DNA of 64,000 nucleotides, from assembly GCA_002786785.1 (NCBI GenBank), contig PCUD01000008.1:212-64211 (forward strand), written 5' to 3'. The notes below the pieces were generated by a model. That model was not told the DNA's origin and ran no database searches. It was given only the letters and a program-made list of their open reading frames with translations. Positions 9,535 to 19,884 of this stretch are shown here, one piece after another (positions within the stretch are counted from its first letter, which is position 1; the number at the start of each line of letters is the position of its first letter). A program made the translations under genes and the position numbers. This stretch comes from Ignavibacteriales bacterium CG18_big_fil_WC_8_21_14_2_50_31_20 (lineage in GTDB: Bacteria; Bacteroidota; Ignavibacteria; Ignavibacteriales; Melioribacteraceae).

Positions 9535-10969
9535 AACCGATGTAGTAATTAAACCTGATTATAAGAGAGTTCTCTACAGACCTTTTACAATTGTGTCTGA
9601 GGAAAGAATAACAAAAATTATTGGAAGAATTCTTACCCTTTCTGAGGCTGAAGTTAAAAACGAACTTAATCAGGTAATCACGGAATTTGAAGAACGCCAT
9701 CAAAGGCTTCGTAAATTTTATTTAAATAGATTTGAGCAAATGAAAAAATATTTGCTAACGGATAAACAACTTAGTAATGATAGGAAATTATTAATTGGTG
9801 CATATTTTACACAAGAATATTCATTAGAATCAGCTGCACTTTTTAATCCGTCAATGGTATGGCATCCAGATCAATCAAATCTTGCAGAGGGAAGTCGTCG
9901 TTTTATTTTAAGTTTAAGGGCAACCGGAGAGGGACATATATCATCAATAACTTTTAGGTCAGGAGTTATTGATAAGGGAAATAATATTAATATTGATATT
10001 CCTAGTAGATATGTAACTACCTCTGAAAATATTTCAAATCAGATTTTTGAAAAAGCACTTTTTGAAAGAAAGTTAATTGAACTTGATTTGTTAACTGATT
10101 TTGCTCAAAAAGTAATTGACAGCCTGGATGAAAATTTTAGTTTTATTAATCTTGAAGAGACTATAAAAATTTTATTGCGTACCTTTAGAAAAAATGGTTT
10201 AGAGATTGAGTTGACCTCAAGGGCGATTTTATCATTGGCACTATCAAATTATGAAATTCAATACAATTCTGATCAAAGACTTTCTGAACGAGTAATATTT
10301 CCTCATTCACCTTCGGAAATGAATGGAATTGAGGATGCTCGTTTTGTAGAATTTATTGATGAAAATGGACAAAAAACTTATTATGCAACTTATACAGCAT
10401 ATGATGGAAAAGTCATTTTTCCACAACTTCTTGAGACTAAAGATTTTTTAAATTTTAAGATAAGTACATTAAATGGTCCTGAAGTAAAGAATAAAGGAAT
10501 GGCACTTTTTCCAAGGAAAATTAATGGACTTTACGCAATGATCTCAAGGCAGGATAATGAAAATATATTTTTAATGTACTCTGAGCATCTTCATTTCTGG
10601 TATACAAAACAGATAATTCTAAAACCAACTTATCCATGGGAATTTGTGCAACTGGGCAATTGTGGCTCTCCAATAGAAACTGAAGCTGGTTGGTTAGTAT
10701 TAAGTCATGGTGTTGGAGCAATGCGGGAATATTCAATGGGTGCATTTTTATTAGATAAAGATGATCCATCTAAAGTTATTGGTAGATTAAAGGAGCCTTT
10801 GCTCACGCCAAATGAAAATGAAAGAGAGGGATATGTCCCTAATGTGGTTTATAGTTGCGGTGGTGCTATCCATGATGATGAACTTATTATCCCTTATGCT
10901 ATGTCAGATCATGCAAGTAGCATCGCAAAGGTGAATGTTAAAGAATTAATTGATGAAATGATAAAATAA
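9521..10969 (+). CDS. Long GH130-family (beta-mannoside phosphorylase-like) protein with a ~260-aa N-terminal extension
   Basis: Overlaps the upstream gene by 14 nt. The C-terminal half (GIEDARFVEF...YYATYTAYDG...FPRKINGLYAM...GWLVLSHGVG...YSMGAFLLD...PNVVYSCG) matches the GH130 five-bladed propeller pattern. Confidence 0.65.
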   Translation: MKVIRTDVVIKPDYKRVLYRPFTIVSEERITKIIGRILTLSEAEVKNELNQVITEFEERHQRLRKFYLNRFEQMKKYLLTDKQLSNDRKLLIGAYFTQEYSLESAALFNPSMVWHPDQSNLAEGSRRFILSLRATGEGHISSITFRSGVIDKGNNINIDIPSRYVTTSENISNQIFEKALFERKLIELDLLTDFAQKVIDSLDENFSFINLEETIKILLRTFRKNGLEIELTSRAILSLALSNYEIQYNSDQRLSERVIFPHSPSEMNGIEDARFVEFIDENGQKTYYATYTAYDGKVIFPQLLETKDFLNFKISTLNGPEVKNKGMALFPRKINGLYAMISRQDNENIFLMYSEHLHFWYTKQIILKPTYPWEFVQLGNCGSPIETEAGWLVLSHGVGAMREYSMGAFLLDKDDPSKVIGRLKEPLLTPNENEREGYVPNVVYSCGGAIHDDELIIPYAMSDHASSIAKVNVKELIDEMIK

Positions 10970-10979
10970 TATAGGCGAT

Positions 10980-11882
10980 ATGAAAATGATTAGATATGAA
11001 AATAATCCTGTTCTTGTAAAAGAAGATGTCCCTTTCAAGGTGAATAGTATTTTTAATCCTGGGGCTATTAAGTATAATGATGAATATTTATTAATGTGCA
11101 GAGTAGAAATGCCAATCGGAAGATCTTCATTTCTCATTGCCCGAAGCAAAGATGGTTTTAGTTTTAAGTTGGATACTAAACCAATTTTAACTCCAGAAGA
11201 TCACAAGGACTGCTATGAGTATGTAAATTGGGGTATTGAAGATGCTAGGATAACTAGCATTGATAATAAATATTATTTAACGTATACCGGATATTCAAAA
11301 TATAAACCTGTTGTAATTTTGGCAGAAACCGAAAATTTTAAAACATATAAAATTCTTGGACCTATTTCTGAAGCTTCGAACAAAGATTGTTCTATATTTC
11401 CAGAAAAAATTGATGGATATTATTGGAAGGTAGATAGACCTGAAGCTGAAGAACGTAGGGATATCTGGATAAGTAAAAGTCCGGATTTAATTCATTGGGG
11501 TGAATATTCTGTTTTAATGGAGCCTGATAAAGGGACATGGGAAGATAACAAAATTGGTGCCTCTACACCTCCTATAAAAACGAAAGATGGATGGTTAATG
11601 TTATATCATGGAGTAAGGGGATTTGGTATATCATCTTTGTATAAACTCGGAGTTGTTTTGCTTGATTTGAATAATCCAAGAATTGTAAAAGGTAAAAGTA
11701 AAGAACCAATACTTTCTCCAGAAATGGATTATGAAAGAGTTGGAGATGTTGGGAACGTTGTATTCTCTAATGGTTGGATTAAGGAAGATAATGATGATCT
11801 TAAAATTTACTACTCGGGTGCTGATATGAATGTTTGCGTTGCAGAGACTTCCATTGATAAACTTGTTGCATTATGTAAATAA
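10980..11882 (+). CDS. GH130-family glycoside phosphorylase/hydrolase (short form)
   Basis: YENNPVL...FNPGAIKYNDEYLLMCRVE...GIEDARIT...YYLTYTGY...FPEKIDGYYW...GWLMLYHGV...YKLGVVLLDLNNP...NVVFSNG are classic GH130 blocks. No signal peptide. Confidence 0.8.
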   Translation: MKMIRYENNPVLVKEDVPFKVNSIFNPGAIKYNDEYLLMCRVEMPIGRSSFLIARSKDGFSFKLDTKPILTPEDHKDCYEYVNWGIEDARITSIDNKYYLTYTGYSKYKPVVILAETENFKTYKILGPISEASNKDCSIFPEKIDGYYWKVDRPEAEERRDIWISKSPDLIHWGEYSVLMEPDKGTWEDNKIGASTPPIKTKDGWLMLYHGVRGFGISSLYKLGVVLLDLNNPRIVKGKSKEPILSPEMDYERVGDVGNVVFSNGWIKEDNDDLKIYYSGADMNVCVAETSIDKLVALCK

Positions 11883-11891
11883 GGTGCTTTT

Positions 11892-13172
11892 ATGAAACAA
11901 AAATATATTATTCATATTATTTTACTAATTGTTATAACTTTTGTCTCATGCAACAGTAAGAGTAGCAATTATTCAAGAAGTAATACATCTCACTTGGATC
12001 ATCTCTATGAGGAAATACAAGTTGATGGAACTGAGATGGCTATTATTCATATTTACAGTGAATATCCTGACTATCATTATGTCGGTGCTGAAAATGAAGG
12101 TGTTGCATGTGTTGATGATGTAGCACGTGCTTTAGTCCTTTACGTTAAGGACTTTGAATATAATGGAAATGTAGAATCTTTAAGAAAGTCAAAACAACTT
12201 GCAAAATTTATTATCTACATGGAAGCAGAAGATTCCACCTATTATAACTTTGTTTTTGAAGATGGGAAAATTAATAAAACCTTTAGAACAAGTATTTCTG
12301 GTTTTCAATGGTGGATGTGGAGAGCTTTATGGGCATTAGGTGAAGCTTATCCAACAATTAAAAATGATGATGAAGTTTTAGCAAGCGAAATGTTGAAATT
12401 ACTAGATAATGGATTTAGCAAAACAATAAAGCATTATAAAATTTCTGATTTAACTGATTCTGAAAATGGAATAACTTTCCCGAATTGGCTGCCAGGTGAA
12501 TCTGGTATTGACCAAACAGCAGTTTTAATTATGGGTTTATCCTCCTACTATAAAATCAATAAAAGTGATGATGTTTTAAAATTAATTAATGAATTAAGTA
12601 ATAGTGTTTTAACTGTTCAGATTGGGTCAAATGACAACTATCCTTATGGAGCATTTTTAAGTTGGAGAAATGTATGGCACGCTTGGGGTAATTTACAAAG
12701 TTATTCTCTTTTAAAATCTTATGAGATAAATATGGATGAGAAATATCTTAACGCTGCACTTCAAGAAATAAATGGATTTTATAAATACCTAAATGACAAT
12801 AAATATTATAATGAAATATTCTTCAAAAATAATAATGGTCTTATAGAAGACATTTCAAAAAGTAAATATCCCCAAATTGCTTATGGAATAAGACCAATGG
12901 TTTATGCTTGTCTAGAAGCTTATAAAATAACGAATGATGAAAAGTATGCCATACAAGCTGGAAATATTGCACAATGGTTGTTTGGTGATAATGATTTAGG
13001 AAAGTCTCTTTACAATAGTGAAACTGGAATTTGTTTTGACGGTATTTCATTGGAAGACCAAATAAATATGAATTCCGGTGCTGAGTCAACGATTGAAGCG
13101 CTATTATCACTACTGGAAATTGAACAAAACCAAGTTGCAAAAAAATCTTTAATGGAATATATAAATAAGTGA
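11892..13172 (+). CDS. Lipoprotein of unknown function, paralogous to the C-terminal domain of the GT4 fusion
   Basis: Lipobox LLIVITFVSC. Motifs CVDDVARALVLYV, WRALWALGEAY and SGAESTIEALLSLLEIE align with 7198-9534 residues ~410-745. Confidence 0.6.
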   Translation: MKQKYIIHIILLIVITFVSCNSKSSNYSRSNTSHLDHLYEEIQVDGTEMAIIHIYSEYPDYHYVGAENEGVACVDDVARALVLYVKDFEYNGNVESLRKSKQLAKFIIYMEAEDSTYYNFVFEDGKINKTFRTSISGFQWWMWRALWALGEAYPTIKNDDEVLASEMLKLLDNGFSKTIKHYKISDLTDSENGITFPNWLPGESGIDQTAVLIMGLSSYYKINKSDDVLKLINELSNSVLTVQIGSNDNYPYGAFLSWRNVWHAWGNLQSYSLLKSYEINMDEKYLNAALQEINGFYKYLNDNKYYNEIFFKNNNGLIEDISKSKYPQIAYGIRPMVYACLEAYKITNDEKYAIQAGNIAQWLFGDNDLGKSLYNSETGICFDGISLEDQINMNSGAESTIEALLSLLEIEQNQVAKKSLMEYINK

Positions 13173-13237
13173 AAATGATTAAAAAATAATTATTGCACTA
13201 AAATTCAATAGCTATATTTTTGGGACAAATAATACTT

Positions 13238-15679
13238 ATGGAAAAAATAGAACTCATAAATGATTGGGAATTTAAGTTATTAAATGATAATTCACATTCC
13301 AACAAATCCAAAATTGATCCAGGGAAATGGTACAATGCAAAGGTTCCCGGAACAATTCATACGGATTTATTGGATAATAAACTTATTGAAGACCCTTTTT
13401 ATTCTGATAATGAAACGAGAATAAGCTGGATTGCTGAATGTGACTGGATATACTCAAAAGAGTTTACTTTTGATAAATCAGCAAATGTGGAATATCAATT
13501 AGTTTTTGATGGATTAGACACAATTGCAGAAATCTATTTGAATGATAATATTGTCGGAAATACAAATAATATGTTCGTTCAATATAAATATGATGTTGCT
13601 AAGTATTTGATCAACGGAAAAAATACGCTAAAGATTAAATTAATCTCTCCAAATAAATATAGTATTGATGAAGAGAGCAAGCATTCCAAACTTCAAGTGG
13701 CTTTAAAATCAAATAGAGTTTATATAAGAAAAGCGCAATACTCATTTGGCTGGGATTGGGGTCCAGAACTTACAACCTCTGGAATTTGGAAAGATGTTTA
13801 TATAATAGAAAAGCCAAAAGCAGAAATTGAAAGTATTACATTTAATACTATATCAATTACTGGAGATGTGGCAGAAGTTGAAATTAAAGTAACACTAGAA
13901 AATAAAATTAAAGATGAACTTCTGTTAAATATCAAGCTTGATAATAAAGAGCAAATTACTGAAAATAGTATTGCTGTTAAAGGCAAAGAAAATACTATTC
14001 GATTGTTTGTCAAAAATCCTAAACTGTGGTTTCCAAACGGGGAAGGGGAACAAGAACTATATCAACTTAATTGCCAATTGTGTAATAAAGAAAATGATAT
14101 TTATGATGAGCAAACAAAAACAGTTGGAATTAGAATAATTGAGCTGTTGCTTGAAAAAAATAATGAACCAGATTTCTTAATAAAAGTTAATGGGCAGTCT
14201 GTTTTTTGCAAAGGTGTAGATTGGATTCCAGCAGATTCATTTTTACCGAGAGTCACCAATGAAAAGTATTTAGATTTATTAACTAAAGCCAAAGATGCTA
14301 ATATGAATATGATTAGAGTCTGGGGTGGTGGGATTTATGAAAACGATATTTTTTATGAATATTGTGATAAACTTGGATTATTAGTCTGGCAAGATTTTAT
14401 GTTTGCATGCGGAGCATATCCTGAACATGATAGTATCATCGAAAATATCAAAAACGAGGTAACTCAAAATGTAAACCGATTGCAACATCATCCTTCAATA
14501 GCAATATGGTGTGGAAATAATGAAAATGAGTGGGGATGGTTTCAAGACCAGAAATCTCCAGTTAAAGAATTACCAGGATATAAAATTTATAATTCCATTA
14601 TTCCCACTATACTGAAATCAATTGATTCCAAAGCAAATTACTGGCAATCCTCACCTTTTGGTGATGATGAAGATCCAAACTCAACAAATAGTGGAAATAC
14701 TCATCATTGGGATATTTGGAGTTTTTGGAAAGACTACACAGAAGTTAAAAATGATAAAAGTTTATTTGTAACTGAATTTGGATTTCAAGGTCCAGCAAAT
14801 ATTGATACATTTAATAAATGCATTCCAGAGAAAAATAGAAATGCACAAGATCAAATATTTGAATTTCACAATAAGCAAGTTGAGGGTCCAGAAAGACTAT
14901 TTAAGTTTTTGTCAGCTCATTTGCCTATCAAAACTAAATGGGAAGATTTTATTTATTTAACTCAACTCAATCAAGGCTTTGCGCTAAAAACATGTCTCGA
15001 ACACTGGAGAACAAATGGCAGAACAAATGGAAGTTTAATTTGGCAATTAAATGATGTTTGGCCTGTAACTAGCTGGTCGCTGATTGATTCTGATTCATTG
15101 CCTAAAATGTCATATCATTTTGTTAAAAATATATTTTCTCAACAGATTGCATATTTCTCAACAGAGAATAATGATGTTATTTTAAGTGTCCAAAATCAGA
15201 GTAATGAAAAATTTATTGGTAGTTGCAAAATGTTTTTTATTAATACAGAAACTGGTAATGTGATTCAAGAAATAGAGATAGGTTTAAATTTAGAAGAAAA
15301 CAGTAATCACAAAATAGATTCTTTTTCATCACCACAATATATTAATGACAAAACAATTTTATTTGCGGAACTTTATAATGAATCCAGCGAAATAATTAAT
15401 TCTAATTATTACAAAAGTCTTGCTTGGAAATATTACGATTTAGCAAAAGTGGAAATATCAATAAAGCTGATTACACGAAATGGGAAAAAGTTTGTTGAAG
15501 TAGCCAGTGATAAACCTTCCTATTTTGTTGATTTATATGCAAAAGGAGTTGAGTTCTCAAAAAGAGGTTTTACGATTATGCCGGGAAATGAAATTTTAAT
15601 AGAAATTATAAAAGGTGATAATGTCAATTTGAAAGAAAGTGATATTAAAATATTTTCGTTGAATGATTATCTAAAATAA
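13238..15679 (+). CDS. GH2 beta-mannosidase
   Basis: The N-terminus WEFKLL...WYNAKVPGTIHTDLLDNKLIEDPFY, and the blocks WGPELTTSGIWKDV, NMIRVWGGGIYE, LVWQDFMFAC, WCGNNENE and VTEFGFQG, are typical of beta-mannosidases. ATG 13238 is preferred over the track TTG at 13220. Confidence 0.85.
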   Translation: MEKIELINDWEFKLLNDNSHSNKSKIDPGKWYNAKVPGTIHTDLLDNKLIEDPFYSDNETRISWIAECDWIYSKEFTFDKSANVEYQLVFDGLDTIAEIYLNDNIVGNTNNMFVQYKYDVAKYLINGKNTLKIKLISPNKYSIDEESKHSKLQVALKSNRVYIRKAQYSFGWDWGPELTTSGIWKDVYIIEKPKAEIESITFNTISITGDVAEVEIKVTLENKIKDELLLNIKLDNKEQITENSIAVKGKENTIRLFVKNPKLWFPNGEGEQELYQLNCQLCNKENDIYDEQTKTVGIRIIELLLEKNNEPDFLIKVNGQSVFCKGVDWIPADSFLPRVTNEKYLDLLTKAKDANMNMIRVWGGGIYENDIFYEYCDKLGLLVWQDFMFACGAYPEHDSIIENIKNEVTQNVNRLQHHPSIAIWCGNNENEWGWFQDQKSPVKELPGYKIYNSIIPTILKSIDSKANYWQSSPFGDDEDPNSTNSGNTHHWDIWSFWKDYTEVKNDKSLFVTEFGFQGPANIDTFNKCIPEKNRNAQDQIFEFHNKQVEGPERLFKFLSAHLPIKTKWEDFIYLTQLNQGFALKTCLEHWRTNGRTNGSLIWQLNDVWPVTSWSLIDSDSLPKMSYHFVKNIFSQQIAYFSTENNDVILSVQNQSNEKFIGSCKMFFINTETGNVIQEIEIGLNLEENSNHKIDSFSSPQYINDKTILFAELYNESSEIINSNYYKSLAWKYYDLAKVEISIKLITRNGKKFVEVASDKPSYFVDLYAKGVEFSKRGFTIMPGNEILIEIIKGDNVNLKESDIKIFSLNDYLK

Positions 15680-15692
15680 TTTGGAGTAATAA

Positions 15693-16658
15693 ATGAAGTA
15701 TATAAATTTAGGAAGAACTGGTTTAAGTGTTAGTAGAATATGTCTCGGAACAATGAACTTTGGTGCAATTACACCGAAGGAAGACAGCTTTTCTATTATG
15801 AATCGCGCACTCGAACTTGGAATTAATTTCTTTGATACAGCCAATGTTTATGGTGGTAAAGTTGGAGAAGGAATAACAGAAAAGTTAATGGGAGAATGGT
15901 TTGAACAAGATAAAGAAAGAAGAGATAAAATAGTGCTTGCTACAAAAGTATATGGCAATATGGGAAATTGGCCAAATGAAAAAAATCTTTCTGCTTATCA
16001 TATCAAAAAAGCTTGCGAAGATAGTCTTAAAAGATTAAAAACGGATCACATTGATTTATATCAAATGCATCACGTTGATAGAAATACACCTTGGGATGAA
16101 ATACTGCAGGCAACAGAGCAGTTAATACGTGAAGGTAAAATTATTTACGTTGGTAGCAGCAACTTTGCTGGTTGGGATATTGCAACTGCATGCCAAGAAT
16201 ATAGTAAAAGAAATATGCTCGGGTTAGTGAGCGAACAAAGTAAATACAATTTATTTAACAGAAAAATTGAAAGAGAAGTTATTCCAGCTTGTGAATATTA
16301 TGGAGTAGGGATAATTCCTTGGAGTCCACTGGAAGGCGGTATGCTTGGTGGTGTAAAAAAGGTAAACGAAGGTAGACGAAATGCCAGCGAAGTAATGAAC
16401 AAATATAAAAAGCATAATGATCAAATGGATAAATGGGAAAACTATTGTGCAGAAATTGGCGAAGAACCAGCTGATGTTGCACATGCTTGGTTAATTCATC
16501 AACCAGCAGTGACAGCGCCAATAATTGGTCCACGTACATTAGAGCAACTTGAAAAAGCAATGCGAGTTATCAATTTAAATTTAGATAAAAATCAGTTAGA
16601 TAAACTGGATGAAATATTTCCAACAGCGGGACAAGCCCCACAATACTATGCTTGGTAA
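15693..16658 (+). CDS. Aldo/keto reductase
   Basis: LGRTGLSVSRICLGTMNFG, INFFDTANVYG, HIDLYQMHHVD and YVGSSNFAGW are AKR signatures. An SD-like tggag lies upstream. Confidence 0.9.
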   Translation: MKYINLGRTGLSVSRICLGTMNFGAITPKEDSFSIMNRALELGINFFDTANVYGGKVGEGITEKLMGEWFEQDKERRDKIVLATKVYGNMGNWPNEKNLSAYHIKKACEDSLKRLKTDHIDLYQMHHVDRNTPWDEILQATEQLIREGKIIYVGSSNFAGWDIATACQEYSKRNMLGLVSEQSKYNLFNRKIEREVIPACEYYGVGIIPWSPLEGGMLGGVKKVNEGRRNASEVMNKYKKHNDQMDKWENYCAEIGEEPADVAHAWLIHQPAVTAPIIGPRTLEQLEKAMRVINLNLDKNQLDKLDEIFPTAGQAPQYYAW

Positions 16659-16722
16659 ATAATAAATAGTGAATTAATTATTTAAAATGAAACCTGATAA
16701 ATAAAAAAGAAATGAGTCACCA

Positions 16723-19700
16723 ATGAAGAGCTTTAGTAAAAATAAATTTAATATAATTATTTATCTCTTAGCATTGGCAGTGGGGATAGACGCTCAGCAA
16801 ATTAATATAAATCGTATTAATTTAATGCCCGACTTTCCGTCACCTTATTTAATGAGAAATTGGGAAGGCGTAACAAAGGGATATGATTCTCTAGTTTTTA
16901 ACTTAGATGCAACTGGTGAATATCTTCCATTAATTCTATTAAATAACAATACTGTTAATTATCCAATTGATATCAGCTTTGGTTTGCATACAGTTGTTGG
17001 AACCACATCACCCGCATCTGGAGAAGCAATTAATGTTTTACCAGCTGTAATTGGCGCAAGTTTAGTTGGAATTGATAAAAGTAATCAAAACGGTTATAAT
17101 TGGGTTAAAATGTGTCGCGAATATTTTAACAATAGACCCGAACAAAATGTTTATAAAAATCATCCAGTTGATGATACTTACGACGACTGGTGGTACGAAA
17201 CAATGCCCAATGTATTTTTCTATCAACTTTACGATTTATATCCCAATACTCAAGATTTTAATTATCAGTTAAGAAGTGTTGCAAATCAATGGCTAAAAGC
17301 AGTTGAGAAAATGGGTGGTAGCGCAACTCCTTGGACAGTACCAAATATGAATTACAGAGGTTGGAATTTAACTACAATGACACCATATAATTTTGGAGTT
17401 AAAGAACCAGAATCAGCGGCTGCTATTGCTTGGCTTTTGTATAATTCATACAAGGAAACTAGCGAAGAGAAATATAGAATAGGTGCTGAATGGGCAATGG
17501 AGTTTCTCAATAATTATCCCACAAATCCATCCTACGAATTGCAGTTATCTTTTGGTGTTTACGTCGCTGCAAAGATGAATGCAGAACTCGGGACTGAATA
17601 TAACATTGAGAAAATGCTTAATTGGTGCTTTGATGTTGGTCCACTTCGCGATTGGGGATCAATAGTTGGCACATGGGGTGGACTGGATATATCGGGTGTA
17701 ATTGGTGAAGTAAACGGTTCAAACGATTATGCATTTTTAATGAATACATTTGAACAAGCTGGTGCATTGCTTCCTCTATTGCGATATGATGATCGGTTTG
17801 CAGACGCACTTGGTAAATGGATGCTAAATGCTGCAAACGCTTCAAGATTGTTTTACACAAATTATTTGCCAGATCACAAGCAGGACAGCGAAGAATGGTC
17901 ACATCAATATGATACTAACTCATACATAGGTCATGAAGCAATTAGGCAATCTAACTTTGCTGCCTCACCTTATGCAACTGGCGATGCTATCAGCGGGGGA
18001 TGGGGGGAAACAAACCTAGCCCTTTATGGTTCTTCTCATGTTGGAATATTTGGCGGCATAATTGATACTACAAATGTTAAAGGAATATTAAAATTAGATT
18101 TATTGAAAACTGATTTCTTCCGAGATGATGCATATCCAACTTATTTGATTTATAATCCCTACGATGTTGAACAGACAATATCATTGGATGTTGGTTTTAT
18201 CAGCAATGACATTTATGAATCTACTAGTAATAGCTTTTTAATGTCTGGCGCTTCTGGAAATGCACAAATAAGTATTCCTGCAAAAAAATCTTATGTAATT
18301 GTAATAACTCCCACTGGTGGGGTAAAAAGTTATGACGGAAATAAATTTCTAGTAGGCAATATAATTGTTGATTATACATCTGATAATACAGTTTCCAATT
18401 ATCCTCCAAGAATTAAAAGTCTTGGAACAAAACAAAATGAAATATTAATTAATGATTCCACAGATATTTATTGCACGGCTGTTGACAAAGATGGTGATAA
18501 TCTGCAATATAAATGGAGTGCAAATACTAGGACTATTATTGGAAGTGGAGCAAATGTAATGTGGATTGCTCCCGAAGACACTGGTAAATATTTCATTAAT
18601 GTTGAAGTTGATGATGGTAATGGTGAAACGGTATTTGAGCAAATTGAAATACATGTTGTAGCAAAGTTTAATTCTGCTCCCATTATAAATAAACTGGATG
18701 CCAACCCACGAAAAATAGATTTGAACAAGACTACAGAAATTGAATGTTGGGCAGTCGATGAGGATGGTGATCCACTATCATATAAGTGGCAAAGTTCAGT
18801 TGGAACTATTGATGGAAGCGGTTCAAAAATTATTTGGACTGCCCCAGGCGAAGAAGGGAATTACAACATAAAATGCACAGTAAGCGATCCTGATAGTGCC
18901 ATTTATACCGATAGCATAATCGTTGCAGTAAGAGATTTATCCATTATTCATGATGGAAATTTAATATTGTTTTTGCCTTTTAACGGTAATGGACTTGATG
19001 AAAGCGGGAATAACAATGTCGTTGCAGTAAATGGTGCTAATCTAACAACCGATAGATTTGGCGCAATTCAAAGTGCCTATAAGTTTGATGGAATAAGTAA
19101 CAATATTAGAGTTACTAACTCTACACTATTGAATTTCTCAAATTCAATTACCTTAAATTTTTGGATGTACATTAATAATCTTTACGAAAGAGAACAATAC
19201 CCAGTATCACATGGCAATTGGGAAAACAGATGGAAGGTTTCTATTTCAAATAATAGAATTAGATGGACAATAAAAACTGATGATGGAATTGTTGATCTCG
19301 ATTCTGAAACTGAAGTAACAATTGGGAAATGGTACAATGTAACTGCACTTTATTCTGGTTCAGATTTGGAACTCTATATTAATGGAAAACTTGACGCATT
19401 TAAATATTGGAGTGGAAGTATTGCAAGCTCGCCGTACGATCTTATGCTTGCACAGGCTTTGCCAAATAATAATCAAAATAATTTTAGTGGTAAGTTGGAT
19501 GATTTAAGATTATATGATTTTGAATTACCATACAATGATATTCAAAAATTGTATGACTTAGAAACATCCGTTGATGATGAAACTAATAATTTACCTATTA
19601 CTTCAACTCTATTTCAAAATTATCCCAATCCATTTAATGGACAAACAATTGTCAAATTTCAAATAGGCTCTTTTTCCAAAGTAACAATTGAGATATACAA

Positions 19701-19875
19701 CATTCTTGGGCAAAAAGTGGTTTCCCTATTGAATGAGGAAAAATCGGCTGGTGAATATTCAATTAGTTGGGATGGAAAAAACAATAGAGGAATTAAAGTA
19801 AACACGAGTGTTTATTTTATAAGAATGAAGGCTGGTAATAATACATTTACAAAGAAGATTGCTTTATTAAAATAA
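16723..19875 (+). CDS. Large T9SS-sorted secreted protein: unknown ~550-aa N-domain, two Ig/PKD-like repeats, a LamG (concanavalin-like) domain and a Por C-terminal sorting domain
   Basis: Has a signal peptide. The LamG-like segment runs LDESGNNNVVAVNGANLTTDRFG...YKFDG...LDDLRLYDFELP. The tail LFQNYPNPFNGQTIVKFQI...IEIYNILGQKV...YSISWDGKNNRG...VYFIRMKAG..FTKKIALLK is a textbook T9SS CTD. Confidence 0.8.
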   Translation: MKSFSKNKFNIIIYLLALAVGIDAQQININRINLMPDFPSPYLMRNWEGVTKGYDSLVFNLDATGEYLPLILLNNNTVNYPIDISFGLHTVVGTTSPASGEAINVLPAVIGASLVGIDKSNQNGYNWVKMCREYFNNRPEQNVYKNHPVDDTYDDWWYETMPNVFFYQLYDLYPNTQDFNYQLRSVANQWLKAVEKMGGSATPWTVPNMNYRGWNLTTMTPYNFGVKEPESAAAIAWLLYNSYKETSEEKYRIGAEWAMEFLNNYPTNPSYELQLSFGVYVAAKMNAELGTEYNIEKMLNWCFDVGPLRDWGSIVGTWGGLDISGVIGEVNGSNDYAFLMNTFEQAGALLPLLRYDDRFADALGKWMLNAANASRLFYTNYLPDHKQDSEEWSHQYDTNSYIGHEAIRQSNFAASPYATGDAISGGWGETNLALYGSSHVGIFGGIIDTTNVKGILKLDLLKTDFFRDDAYPTYLIYNPYDVEQTISLDVGFISNDIYESTSNSFLMSGASGNAQISIPAKKSYVIVITPTGGVKSYDGNKFLVGNIIVDYTSDNTVSNYPPRIKSLGTKQNEILINDSTDIYCTAVDKDGDNLQYKWSANTRTIIGSGANVMWIAPEDTGKYFINVEVDDGNGETVFEQIEIHVVAKFNSAPIINKLDANPRKIDLNKTTEIECWAVDEDGDPLSYKWQSSVGTIDGSGSKIIWTAPGEEGNYNIKCTVSDPDSAIYTDSIIVAVRDLSIIHDGNLILFLPFNGNGLDESGNNNVVAVNGANLTTDRFGAIQSAYKFDGISNNIRVTNSTLLNFSNSITLNFWMYINNLYEREQYPVSHGNWENRWKVSISNNRIRWTIKTDDGIVDLDSETEVTIGKWYNVTALYSGSDLELYINGKLDAFKYWSGSIASSPYDLMLAQALPNNNQNNFSGKLDDLRLYDFELPYNDIQKLYDLETSVDDETNNLPITSTLFQNYPNPFNGQTIVKFQIGSFSKVTIEIYNILGQKVVSLLNEEKSAGEYSISWDGKNNRGIKVNTSVYFIRMKAGNNTFTKKIALLK
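18403..18930 (+). repeat. Two tandem ~86-aa Ig/PKD-like coding repeats inside 16723-19875 (18403-18660 and 18676-18930)
   Basis: Unit 1 contains ...IYCTAVDKDGDNLQYKWSAN..GSGANVMWIAPEDTGKYFINVEVDDGNG. Unit 2 contains ...IECWAVDEDGDPLSYKWQSS..GSGSKIIWTAPGEEGNYNIKCTVSDPDS. Confidence 0.7.
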
Positions 19876-19884
19876 TTTAAATAA

